This document shows, piece after piece, positions 12,050 to 24,100 of a DNA stretch of 64,000 nucleotides. Every line of letters starts with the position of its first letter. Position 1 is the first letter of the stretch. A model generated the notes under the pieces. The model saw nothing but the letters and a program-made list of their open reading frames with translations. It was not told where the DNA came from and did no database searches. The DNA comes from Macrostomum hystrix (taxonomy: Eukaryota; Animalia; Platyhelminthes): the NCBI GenBank assembly GCA_950097015.1, contig CATNEN010000034.1:5890001-5954000 (forward strand), given 5' to 3'. The position numbers were made by a program, and so were the translations under genes.

Positions 12050-12823
12050 CAGCGGTCGCGCCTTGCCTGGCTACTGCATCCGCTGCCACCGCCGCCTAGC
12101 TGTCTTGATGGCAGCAGCAGCAGTGGCGTTGGTGTCAGTTTCGGCTTTGTCCACGCCATAGCAGAGGCCTCCGATGACTTGAAGCTCGAAGCTCACCTCA
12201 CACAGGCCCGCTTTTATCAGCTACTCGAGACTGCAACAGCTGCGGATGGCGACACTCTGTGCTGCTGCTGCTGCTGCTGTTGCTACGAAAGCTGCACTGA
12301 TGACTCGGAGGCATCAACACATAGCAGCTGTCCTCGAACTGCCATCCGCGATGACATCCGCTCGGACATGTTGGCGATAGCGACCTCCAATGTCGGTTTC
12401 TGGGCCCAGCGCTTCCCTAGCAACCGTCCCGGCAGGCGCAAAGCCCTCCTCTGGGAGCTGCTGCTGCTGCTGCTGCTGTCGCCACCCGCTGAGCGAAGTC
12501 GATTAAACTCATTCGCCACAGATGGTCTTCGCTGGCTAATCGACGACAGCAACTCATCCGGCGTGCGGGTTGTCTGCTCGGTGCTGCCCTGCCTAGGGCC
12601 GCTTTTGAGAGCTCTGAAGCGTCTGCGGACTACCTGTGGCTCGGTTCGCGCGCCTGCCACCGCCGCTGCGGCTGCGGCTTCGGCTGCGGCGGCTGCCGGC
12701 GCACCGCCGCGCCTGCTTGAAGCGATTCTGCGGCCCCAGCTACCAGTGCTGCTGACTAACCTGACCCCGGCCGAGGCAAGACTGCTCACACTGGCTGTTG
12801 GTCGATTTCCTAACAGTCCCTGA
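12050..12823 (+). CDS. Probable terminal coding exon (257 aa) of an unidentified gene
   Basis: Open frame from acceptor tatcctcAG (12048-12049): QRSRLAWLLHPLPPPP...LEAHLTQARFYQLLE...C8...FATDGLRWL...LLTLAVGRFPNSP*. Same GC-rich codon and poly-Ala style as the other real exons. No family recognised and no upstream exon found. Confidence 0.55.
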   Translation, partial: QRSRLAWLLHPLPPPPSCLDGSSSSGVGVSFGFVHAIAEASDDLKLEAHLTQARFYQLLETATAADGDTLCCCCCCCCYESCTDDSEASTHSSCPRTAIRDDIRSDMLAIATSNVGFWAQRFPSNRPGRRKALLWELLLLLLLSPPAERSRLNSFATDGLRWLIDDSNSSGVRVVCSVLPCLGPLLRALKRLRTTCGSVRAPATAAAAAASAAAAAGAPPRLLEAILRPQLPVLLTNLTPAEARLLTLAVGRFPNSP

Positions 12824-12931
12824 CTTGCTGCTCTGCTCGGTGTTTTTCTCAGTGCAAAGTTGTCTTTCTATGATTTTATCATTGCTACATTATTTTCCAT
12901 TTGTTCACCCTTGTTCTAAAAATGCTGGTTT

Positions 12932-13455
12932 CGACAGGATTAGTCATTCCCTGCCAGTATTAGTCATTCTTTGACAGGATTAGTCATTCCCTGACAGGAT
13001 TAGTCATTCCCTGACAGGATTAGTCATTCCCTGACAGGATTAGTCATTCCCTGACAGGATTAGTCATTCCCTGACAGGATTAGTCATTCCCTGACAGGAT
13101 TAGTCATTCCCTGACAGGATTAGTCATTCCCTGACAGGATTAGTCATTCCCTGACAGGATTAGTCATTCCCTGACAGGATTAGTCATTCCCTGACAGGAT
13201 TAGTCATTCCCTGACAGGATTAGTCATTCCCTGACAGGATTAGTCATTCCCTGACAGGATTAGTCATTCCCTGACAGGATTAGTCATTCCCTGACAGGAT
13301 TAGTCATTCCCTGACAGGATTAGTCATTCCCTGACAGGATTAGTCATTCCCTGACAGGATTAGTCATTCCCTGACAGGATTAGTCATTCCCTGACAGGAT
13401 TAGTCATTCCCTGACAGGATTAGTCATTCCCTGACAGGATTAGTCATTCCCTGAA
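12932..13455. repeat. Minisatellite, 20-bp unit GACAGGATTAGTCATTCCCT, ~26 near-perfect copies
   Basis: Directly visible tandem array. Confidence 0.97.
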
Positions 13456-13870
13456 AAGATACTGTCTTTGTCTAAGAGATTTTGGGGAGATGTCAGGCTG
13501 TGCTAGTCATCTACAGCAAATATCTGACAGTCATGATCTGACATGTTAAGCTGAATTTCGGTACATCAGCTTTGATCTGATATATATATCCGATTACTCT
13601 CTTGATTTACTTTTATTGCTTTTCTAAGGTGATAGGATTTTCGACTTGGAATGCTTTATTCTTGACTTGTTTTATGCGACATTTTTGCAGTTCGCAGTGC
13701 AATCGTTGCTAAACATCGATCCAATAACTTAAGAATCAATTATGCCTGATATGTAATATGTCTACTCTCTCCTACGACTTTTATCAAAAATATTTTTGCT
13801 TAAAATTAGATAACTGTTTGCAATCGACGAAACACATTATTATTTAATTGTAATTTGGTTCCTTATGTGA

Positions 13871-14112
13871 TCACAGCTCAGATAAACTCATGGCTGAAAT
13901 GAGCTCACAGCTCAAATAAACTCGTGGCTGAAATGAGCTCACAGCTCAGAAAAACTCGTGGCTGAAATGAGCTCACAGCTCAGAAAAACTCATGGCTGAA
14001 ATGAGCTCACAGCTTAAATAAACTCGTGGCTGAAATGAGCTCACAGCTCAGAAAAACTCATGGCTGAAATGAGCTCACAGCTCAGATAAAATCATGGCTG
14101 AAATGAGCTCAC
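13871..14112. repeat. Minisatellite, 34-bp unit TCACAGCTCAGATAAACTCATGGCTGAAATGAGC, ~7 copies
   Basis: Directly visible tandem array. Confidence 0.95.
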
Positions 14113-14773
14113 GCAGATAACACAGTCCATATTTTCGGTGTATGGTTTGTCACGGATCGAGATTACGTCATTCCTTGTGTCCGTATTTACCACGAGTGTA
14201 TAAATGTCATCACAGCTCTGACCAAGACTGCAAATTGATAACAGGTAAAAATAAAATGTGTCGCTTGAGTATTTTCTTATCTTTTAAGTTAGAATTTGGC
14301 ATTTGCTTTGAAAGCCTGCTGTGTCTACAACTTGTATAGTTTTTCAAATCTTGAAAGCATCAGTGTGTGCGTGTGAGTGTGACAGTCTGTCTCTAGGGTA
14401 GGGGGTTTAAAATTTCAATACGCTTTGAAATGATTGCCTACCGCGTATTTCCTGGTTGCTTGCACGAGAAACACGATGCTACCGGCTGAATATGAGTCCG
14501 CCACTTCCTTCATTTACGCACGCTGGTCGAGGCCCTTCGCCATGCTCGACAGCTCATCGAGAACGCGGACCAATAGAATAATGATTTATCTGAATAGTAA
14601 AAGCTTTTCTCTTTCGCTTTGACAACTGTTTTAACAAATTAAACAATTCAAGCTAATATCAATCTAAGGTCGCTCATTTATTAACTGTAAGTTACACGTT
14701 TCGGGCACTAAAATGCTCGGTTCTGAATCACCAATTCACTGATAATTGCTTATTAAGAGTTGATCATCGAGTA

Positions 14774-17700
14774 TTGCTCACTAAGAATTGCTCATTTATC
14801 GAGAATCGCTCATTCATAGATAATCGCTCAGTCATTGTGAATCGCTCAATTATTAGGAATCGCTAAATCATTGAGAATTGCTCATTTATAGATACCGCTC
14901 AGTCATTAGGAATTGCTCATTCATAGAAACTCGCTTAGTCATTAGAAATTGCTAATTGCAAAATTTGCTAAAGAACGGTTAAATCATTGAGAATCGCTCA
15001 TTTTCATTGAGAATTGCTCATTCATTGGGAATCGCTCATTTTCATTAAGAATCGCTCATTTATTGAGAGTCGCTCATTTATTGAGAGTCGCTCATTCATT
15101 GAGAATCGCTCATTCATTGAGAATCGCTCATTCATTGAGAATCGCTCATTTTCATTGAGAATCGCTCATTTATTGAGAATCGCTCATTTATTGAGAATCG
15201 CTCATTTATTGAGAATCGCTCATTTATCGAGAATCGCTCATTCATAGATAATCGCTCAGTCATTGTGAATCGCTCAATTATTAGGAATCGCTAAATCATT
15301 GAGAATTGCTCATTTATAGATACCGCTCAGTCATTAGGAATTGCTCATTCATAGAAACTCGCTTAGTCATTAGAAATTGCTAATTGCAAAATTTGCTAAA
15401 GAACGGTTAAATCATTGAGAATCGCTCATTTTCATTGAGAATTGCTCATTCATTGAGAATCGCTCATTTTCATTAAGAATCGCTCATTTATTGAGAGTCG
15501 CTCATTTATTGAGAGTCGCTCATTCATTGAGAATCGCTCATTCATTGAGAATCGCTCATTCATTGAGAATCGCTCATTCATTGAGAATCGCTCATTTTCA
15601 TTGAGAATCGCTCATTTATTGAGAATCGCTCATTTATTGAGAATCGCTCATTTATTGAGAATCGCTCATTTATTGAGAGTCGCTCATTCATTGAGAATCG
15701 CTCATTCATTGAGAATCGCTCATTCATTGAGAATCGCTCATTTTCATTGAGAATCGCTCATTTATTGAGAATCGCTCATTTATTGAGAATCGCTCATTCA
15801 TTGAGAATCGCTCATTTTCATTGAGAATCGCTCATTTTCATTGAGAATCGCTCATTTATTGAGAATCGCTCATTTATTGAGAATCGCTCATTCATTGAGA
15901 ATCGCTCATTTTCATTGAGAATCGCTCATTTATTGAGAATCGCTCATTTATTGAGAATCGCTCATTTATTGAGAATCGCTCATTTATTGAGAATCGCTCA
16001 TTTTCATTGAGAATCGCTCATTTATTGAGAATCGCTCATTCATTGAGAATCGCTCATTTTCATTGAGAATCGCTCATTTATTGAGAATCGCTCATTTATT
16101 GAGAATCGCTCATTTATTGAGAATCGCTCATTCATTGAGAATCGCTCATTTATTGAGAATCGCTCATTTATTGAGAATCGCTCATTCATTGAGAATCGCT
16201 CATTCATTGAGAATCGCTCATTCATTGAGAATCGCTCATTCATTGTGAATCGCTCATTTATTGAGAATCGCTCATTCATTGAGAATCGCTCATTTATTGA
16301 GAATCGCTCATTCATTGAGAATCGCTCATTCATTGAGAATCGCTCATTTTCATTGAGAATCGCTCATTTATTGAGAATCGCTCATTTATTGAGAATCGCT
16401 CATTTATTGAGAGTCGCTCATTTATTGAGAATCGCTCATTTTCATTGAGAATCGCTCATTCATTGAGAATCGCTCATTCATTGAGAATCGCTCATTCATT
16501 GAGAATCGCTCATTTATTGAGAATCGCTCATTTATTGAGAATCGCTCATTTTCATTGAGAATCGCTCATTTATTGAGAATCGCTCATTTTCATTGAGAAT
16601 CGCTCATTTATTGAGAATCGCTCATTCATTGAGAATCGCTCATTTATTGAGAATCGCTCATTTATTGAGAATCGCTCATTCATTGAGAATCGCTCATTCA
16701 TTGAGAATCGCACATTCATTGAGAATCGCTCATTTATTGAGAATCGCTCATTCATTGAGAATCGCTCATTCATTGTGAATCGCTCATTTATTGAGAATCG
16801 CTCATTCATTGAGAATCGCTCATTTATTGAGAATCGCTCATTCATTGAGAATCGCTCATTCATTGTGAATCGCTCATTTATTGAGAATCGCTCATTCATT
16901 GAGAATCGCTCATTTATTGAGAATCGCTCATTTATTGAGAATCGCTCATTCATTGAGAATCGCTCATTTATTGAGAATCGCTCATTCATTGAGAATCGCT
17001 CATTCATTGAGAATCGCTCATTTATTGAGAATCGCTCATTTATTGAGAATCGCTCATTCATTGAGAATCGCTCATTTATTGAGAATCGCTCATTCATTGA
17101 GAATCGCTCATTCATTGTGAATCGCTCATTTATTGAGAATCGCTCATTCATTGAGAATCGCTCATTCATTGTGAATCGCTCATTTATTGAGAATCGCTCA
17201 TTCATTGAGAATCGCTCATTTATTGAGAATCGCTCATTCATTGAGAATCGCTCATTCATTGAGAATCGCTCATTCATTGAGAATCGCTCATTTTCATTGA
17301 GAATCGCTCATTTATTGAGAATCGCTCATTTATTGAGAATCGCTCATTCATTGAGAATCGCTCATTCATTGTGAATCGCTCATTTATTGAGAATCGCTCA
17401 TTCATTGAGAATCGCTCATTCATTGTGAATCGCTCATTTATTGAGAATCGCTCATTTATTGAGAATCGCTCATTTATTGAGAATCGCTCATTCATTGAGA
17501 ATCGCTCATTCATTGAGAATCGCTCATTCATTGAGAATCGCTCATTTCATTGAGAATCGCTCATTTATTGAGAATCGCTCATTTATTGAGAATCGCTCAT
17601 TTATTGAGAGTCGCTCATTTATTGAGAATCGCTCATTTTCATTGAGAATCGCTCATTCATTGAGAATCGCTCATTCATTGAGAATCGCTCATTCATTGAG

Positions 17701-19730
17701 AATCGCTCATTTCATTGAGAATCGCTCATTTATTGAGAATCGCTCATTTATTGAGAATCGCTCATTCATTGAGAATCGCTCATTTCATTGAGAATCGCTC
17801 ATTTATTGAGAATCGCTCATTTATTGAGAATCGCTCATTTATTGAGAATCGCTCATTTATTGAGAATCGCTCATTTTCATTGAGAATCGCTCATTTATTG
17901 AGAATCGCTCATTCATTGAGAATCGCTCATTTTCATTGAGAATCGCTCATTTATTGAGAATCGCTCATTTATTGAGAATCGCTCATTTATTGAGAATCGC
18001 TCATTCATTGAGAATCGCTCATTTATTGAGAATCGCTCATTTATTGAGAATCGCTCATTCATTGAGAATCGCTCATTCATTGAGAATCGCTCATTTATTG
18101 AGAATCGCTCATTTATTGAGAATCGCTCATTCATTGAGAATCGCTCATTCATTGTGAATCGCTCATTCATTGAGAATCGCTCATTCATTGAGAATCGCTC
18201 ATTTATTGAGAATCGCTCATTCATTGAGAATCGCTCATTCATTGTGAATCGCTCATTTATTGAGAATCGCTCATTCATTGAGAATCGCTCATTTATTGAG
18301 AATCGCTCATTTATTGAGAATCGCTCATTCATTGAGAATCGCTCATTTATTGAGAATCGCTCATTCATTGAGAATCGCTCATTCATTGAGAATCGCTCAT
18401 TTATTGAGAATCGCTCATTTATTGAGAATCGCTCATTCATTGAGAATCGCTCATTTATTGAGAATCGCTCATTCATTGAGAATCGCTCATTCATTGTGAA
18501 TCGCTCATTTATTGAGAATCGCTCATTCATTGAGAATCGCTCATTTATTGAGAATCGCTCATTCATTGAGAATCGCTCATTCATTGAGAATCGCTCATTT
18601 ATTGTGAATCGCTCATTCATTGAGAATCGCTCATTTATTGAGAATCGCTCATTCATTGAGAATCGCTCATTCATTGTGAATCGCTCATTCATTGAGAATC
18701 GCTCATTTATTGAGAATCGCTCATTCATTGTGAATCGCTCATTTATTGAGAATCGCTCATTCATTGAGAATCGCTCATTCATTGAGAATCGCTCATTTAT
18801 TGAGAATCGCTCATTCATTGTGAATCGCTCATTTATTGAGAATCGCTCATTCATTGAGAATCGCTCATTTTCATTGAGAATCGCTCATTTTTTGAGAATC
18901 GCTCATTTATTGAGAATCGCTCATTTATTGAGAATCGCTCATTCATTGAGAATCGCTCATTTATTGAGAATCGCTCATTTATTGAGAATCGCTCATTCAT
19001 TGAGAATCGCTCATTCATTGAGAATCGCTCATTCATTGAGAATCGCTCATTTATTGAGAATCGCTCATTCATTGAGAATCGCTCATTCATTGTGAATCGC
19101 TCATTTATTGAGAATCGCTCATTCATTGAGAATCGCTCATTTATTGAGAATCGCTCATTCATTGAGAATCGCTCATTCATTGTGAATCGCTCATTTATTG
19201 AGAATCGCTCATTCATTGAGAATCGCTCATTTATTGAGAATCGCTCATTTATTGAGAATCGCTCATTCATTGAGAATCGCTCATTTATTGAGAATCGCTC
19301 ATTCATTGAGAATCGCTCATTCATTGTGAATCGCTCATTTATTGAGAATCGCTCATTCATTGAGAATCGCTCATTCATTGAGAATCGCTCATTTATTGAG
19401 AATCGCTCATTCATTGAGAATCGCTCATTCATTGTGAATCGCTCATTTATTGAGAATCGCTCATTCATTGAGAATCGCTCATTTATTGAGAATCGCTCAT
19501 TCATTGAGAATCGCTCATTCATTGTGAATCGCTCATTTATTGAGAATCGCTCATTCATTGAGAATCGCTCATTCATTGTGAATCGCTCATTTATTGAGAA
19601 TCGCTCATTCATTGAGAATCGCTCATTTATTGAGAATCGCTCATTTATTGAGAATCGCTCATTCATTGAGAATCGCTCATTCATTGAGAAAAGCTCATTG
19701 AGAATAGGTCATTGAGAATCGCTCATTGAT
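14774..19730. repeat. 5-kb satellite, 18-bp unit TTGAGAATCGCTCATT(T/C)A, ~270 copies, with higher-order duplications
   Basis: Tandem array. A 428-bp diverged block is duplicated (14791 and 15219). Identical variant strings are offset by 1379 bp (identical 79-aa ORFs at 16881 and 18260). Confidence 0.98.
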
Positions 19731-21195
19731 AAGACTTAATCTGTACGTCGCACAAATTAACTAATTAGAATGATATAATTAATGAACATTTTTAACTTTA
19801 GAACCTTAAGCTAATGACTAGCAACCAAGACCCTCTTTGGGGGAAAAAATCACGCTTTAAAGCCCTGATAAGAAAAATCATTAAAAATATTCAACTTGAA
19901 TACTATACTTATCTTTTCTTGATATCTGCTCGATAGATTATGCTAATCATGCTACACCCTCAAAGTATGTTATTACCTGGAAATCTCATTCTTTCTACTG
20001 GAAATCTCATGCTATCTCTTCAATAAATCATGATATTCCCTAGATACGCTTCCCTGCTCGAAAAGACGCTTAGAAGGAACTTTGATTTATTCCTTCGAAA
20101 GGAACTTTGATGATAGAAGTATAATTTTTAGTATATAATTGATAACTAGCTTTGCACCTGCCATTTCACAAGCAGTTAAACATACACATACTCTGTCCCT
20201 CCACTCTCAGGTGCTTAATTTTCTTTTGTTTCCCTTTGATTAAGGCGAGAGGGCCAGAGAGTGCAGGGAGTGAATCACCAGTTTGCTTGGCAAGCTCTAG
20301 ACTCAGAGCCATTAACCAGCTACGCGTAGAAACTAGCGCTCTAGCCTCCTAAGAAATTTGGCAGCGGTCCGTTCGGCTACCAATGTCAATAGGCGTGTTG
20401 ATACAATCCCTCCTGGGCTACTCTGGTAACTGCAAAATGGGCAATTTTCAAATGAGAACTAGGCGCGCAAGATGGGATGGTAGGAAGTTTTGGGGTGAAG
20501 GGAAGAAAGTGTAGCGGTTGAATGCGTCTGGGATGTGACCGGGTTGACAGTCCGAAATCCTGCGGCCTCCCCAGGCTGCTCGATCGGCTCGTTCGATTCT
20601 TGGGTAGCGGGGGGCACTTTTTTGTTCCGCATTGCCGAATTTTCGATCCAGGGGCGGCGTCTTTTGAGATGCAACGCGCAGAAGACAAAGCGAAATGCCG
20701 CAGCAGCAGCAGCAGACTTTCATCTGGCTCATCCCCAGCCTACCATGATCCCTAGATGCAATGCAGATCGGAAAATTTGCGACAAGCGAGGGGCTCAACT
20801 TCTCATAACTGAGCCCGCATGGGTAGAGCAGGGACCGCTGTTGCCGCCGACGTTAATGAAGCATCTGGGCTATCACTTACAGGGAGATTAGGGAGGCGGA
20901 ATGAGTGAGAAGGCAGCCGCAGTCTGCTGTTCATGGGCGCAGCTTTAGTTGCTCACCAAGCTTCTCCAGTCAAGTTGCAGCTTTGCCGTAGTCTATGGCA
21001 GGCTGCCACCCAACGATTGGCTGGCGGTTCCCAGTGTGATTGCAGAGCCTGCTTATATTTCGCTCGATTTGTCTCTCTCTTTAGGACTCAAACTCAAGCT
21101 GAGATTGTCGGCGTCTTGCTGGGAACTCTGGCTTAGCACTAGCAACGGCAAAAACAACAGCAGCAACAGCAGCAGCAGCAGCAGCAATAGTATTC

Positions 21196-24100
21196 ATGAT
21201 GCAGAAAGCCGAAGATGAGGAAATTGAAGCAATCGAGAAGCGGTTGGAACCAGAGGCTGAGCCTATGCTCAACTCCACTCCGATGCGGCTGCTGCCGAAG
21301 GATGCAGACGACGGGGTGAGTTAATTGAGGGGATTACATAGGCTGATTCGAGTCAAAAATCAGGTGGCATTGTTTATGAAAATCGATTCATTATTATCGA
21401 CCAGTTCGTTCTATTAAAATCTGCAGCAGAAGCCGCCTCCGTACGAGGAGTGCCAGCTAGTTGAAGCGCCAGCTGTAGTTCGCGAGACCTGGGACCAGAA
21501 GGTCGACTTCCTTCTGGCTGTGGTCGGCTTCGCCGTCGATCTAGGCAATGTCTGGCGATTTCCCTATATCTGCTACAGAAATGGAGGCGGTAAGATTTTT
21601 TATTGAAGCGTGCAAGCTTATTAGAGCTAAAGAGTCAGGGATGAACAATTGCGGCGTGGGGTGGGTGAGTGGAGAGACAGTGGGAATTTGTGGCGTGGGG
21701 TGGCTGCTGGCGTGAGGTGGTCGGCTGCTGGGTTGGAACGAAGGAGGAATGGCAATAGCGGCGTGAGGTGGGTATCCGGTGAGTCATAGAGAGCTTGTAG
21801 ACTGGAGGGGCTGGTCAATAATATGGTGTGAGGTGGGCCATTAGATTTTGGGCCCAAACGGTGGTAAAGGCCTGTAGGAAATCGCGTAATTGAAAATTTC
21901 GCTTGAATTTTCGCCATGATTTTTAAAAAATTATTAAATAAAAAAAATGATGTGCTCTTTCATAACTGCCCGGAGACAGGCGCGTTTCTGGTGCCCTATT
22001 TTGTGATGTACATATTCGGCGGCTTGCCACTGTTCTACATGGAGCTCGCACTTGGCCAGTACCAACGATGCGGCTGCCTTTCCGTGTGGAAGCGCATCTG
22101 CCCGATGTTCAAAGGTGAGGCGGATAAAAGTCACTTCGTTTAGAAATTCTCTAAAAAATCTCTATTGTACTTGCTTGCTAAGAAATGCACTGCATTACCC
22201 CGCTACATCCCTAGATATCCCATGGCATCCCTAGATATCCCACTGGATTCCTAAATACTATATTGTATCTCTAGATATCCCACTGGATTCCTAAATACTA
22301 TATTGTATCTCTAGATATCCCACTGGATTCCTAAATACTATATTGTATCTCTAGATATCCCACTGGATTCCTAAATACTATATTGTATCTCTAGATATCC
22401 CACTGGATTCCTAAATACTATATTGTATCTCTAGATATCCCACTGGATTCCTAAATACTATATTGTATCTCTAGATATCCCACTCGATTCCTAAATACTA
22501 TATTGTATCTCCAGATATCCCACTAAATTCCTAAATACTATATTGTATCTCCAGATATCCCACTAAATTCCTAAATACTATGTTGTATCTCTAGATATCC
22601 TACTGAATTCCTAAATTCTATATTATATCTCTAGATATCCTTCCTAAATACCACATTGTATCTCTAGATATCCCACTCAATTTCTAACCATCTCAAGCTC
22701 TAAATATCCCCAGTACTCCTAGAATCGACTCGACATTCCTAAAATTCACACATCATTCCTAGAGTTCACACAGCATTCATAGAACTCACACAGGATTTCT
22801 AGAATTCTGACGGCATTCCTAGAATTCTGACAGCACTCCTAGAATTCTGACGGCATTCCTAAAGTTCACATGACATTCCTAGAATTCACACAGCATTCCT
22901 AGAATTCAGACCGCATTCCTAGAATTCACACAGCATTCCTAGAATTCAGACCGCATTCCTAGAATTCACACAGCATTCCTAGAATTCAGACCGCATTCCT
23001 AGAATTCACACAGCATGCCCAGAAACCCTTAAAACAATAATTGAAACCGTTGAAATATCGGAAACTCGATTCCAGGTGTTGGCATCGGTATCTGCATCGC
23101 TGGCACCTATGTCGCCTTTTATTACAACACCATCATGGCCTGGGCGCTGTATTTTCTCTACCAGAGCTTCGCCAGCATACCTAACGGTGGCGTCCTGCCA
23201 TGGATGACCTGCGACCAATGGGACGAGCCGCGTTGTCGCACCTTCGAGCAGAAGCTCAACAAGAGTGACAATGTGGTGAACTGCAGTAGGCCCGACAATG
23301 GCTCTTGCACACTGTCTTCTAGCGAGGTTTTCTTCTAGTGAGCCAGTTAATTTTACCTAGATTTGTTAATTTTTTATTATTAGCCGCTAGTCACCAATAT
23401 CATCTGCTCTTTCTTGTCGTCGCCCGCCTGCAGCAAGAAGGTGCTGGAGATTCAGTACTCGGACGGTATCGGAAAGGTCGGCGGCGTCAAACCCGAGATC
23501 GCCATCTGCCTGATGATCGTCTTCGCCATTGTGTACTTCTCCATCTGGAAGGGCGTCAAGAGCAGCGGAAAGGTCTGCTTGACTTGAACATTGGGGAGTG
23601 AAAACTGCCAGAAATAGAGAAAGCTAGAATGACATTCGGACAGGACAGGACTCTATTGATCAAAGACGAAGGCCTCTCTCTCCAGTCGATAGAATCGGAG
23701 AGAGGGAGGGAGGGAGAGGGAGATAGGAGAGCACCTCAAGTCCCGGTCTAGAAAAGGAAAGTATCCCAAAAAGTCTAAAAAATGCTCAAAAGAAGGTGTG
23801 GAGTTTTCTATTATATTGTAATCTCCGTTTCAACAAACAACAATTATAAATCCTCAAAAAGAGAAAAAAATAAGAGAGAAGGAGAGAAAGAAGTAGAGTG
23901 AGAAGAATGGTAGATATATATTTTGCTTAAGTCAGCAAAGTTTCGCTTGTCCGAAAATCGACCGCCCAGCGCGGTGGGATCTTATCCTTCTTCCGACTCC
24001 ATCCGTCCGCTGTTGAATCTGATTGCTTTGGAGTAGGAAGCATTGGATTGAGGATTAGATCCCAATTAGAATCGGGATTTGTGCGCTCTCATCCTTTGAA

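Noticed and set aside
15014-19715. ENRSFI, NERFS and LRIAH repeat ORFs up to 313 aa
   Set aside because: Translations of the 18-bp satellite.
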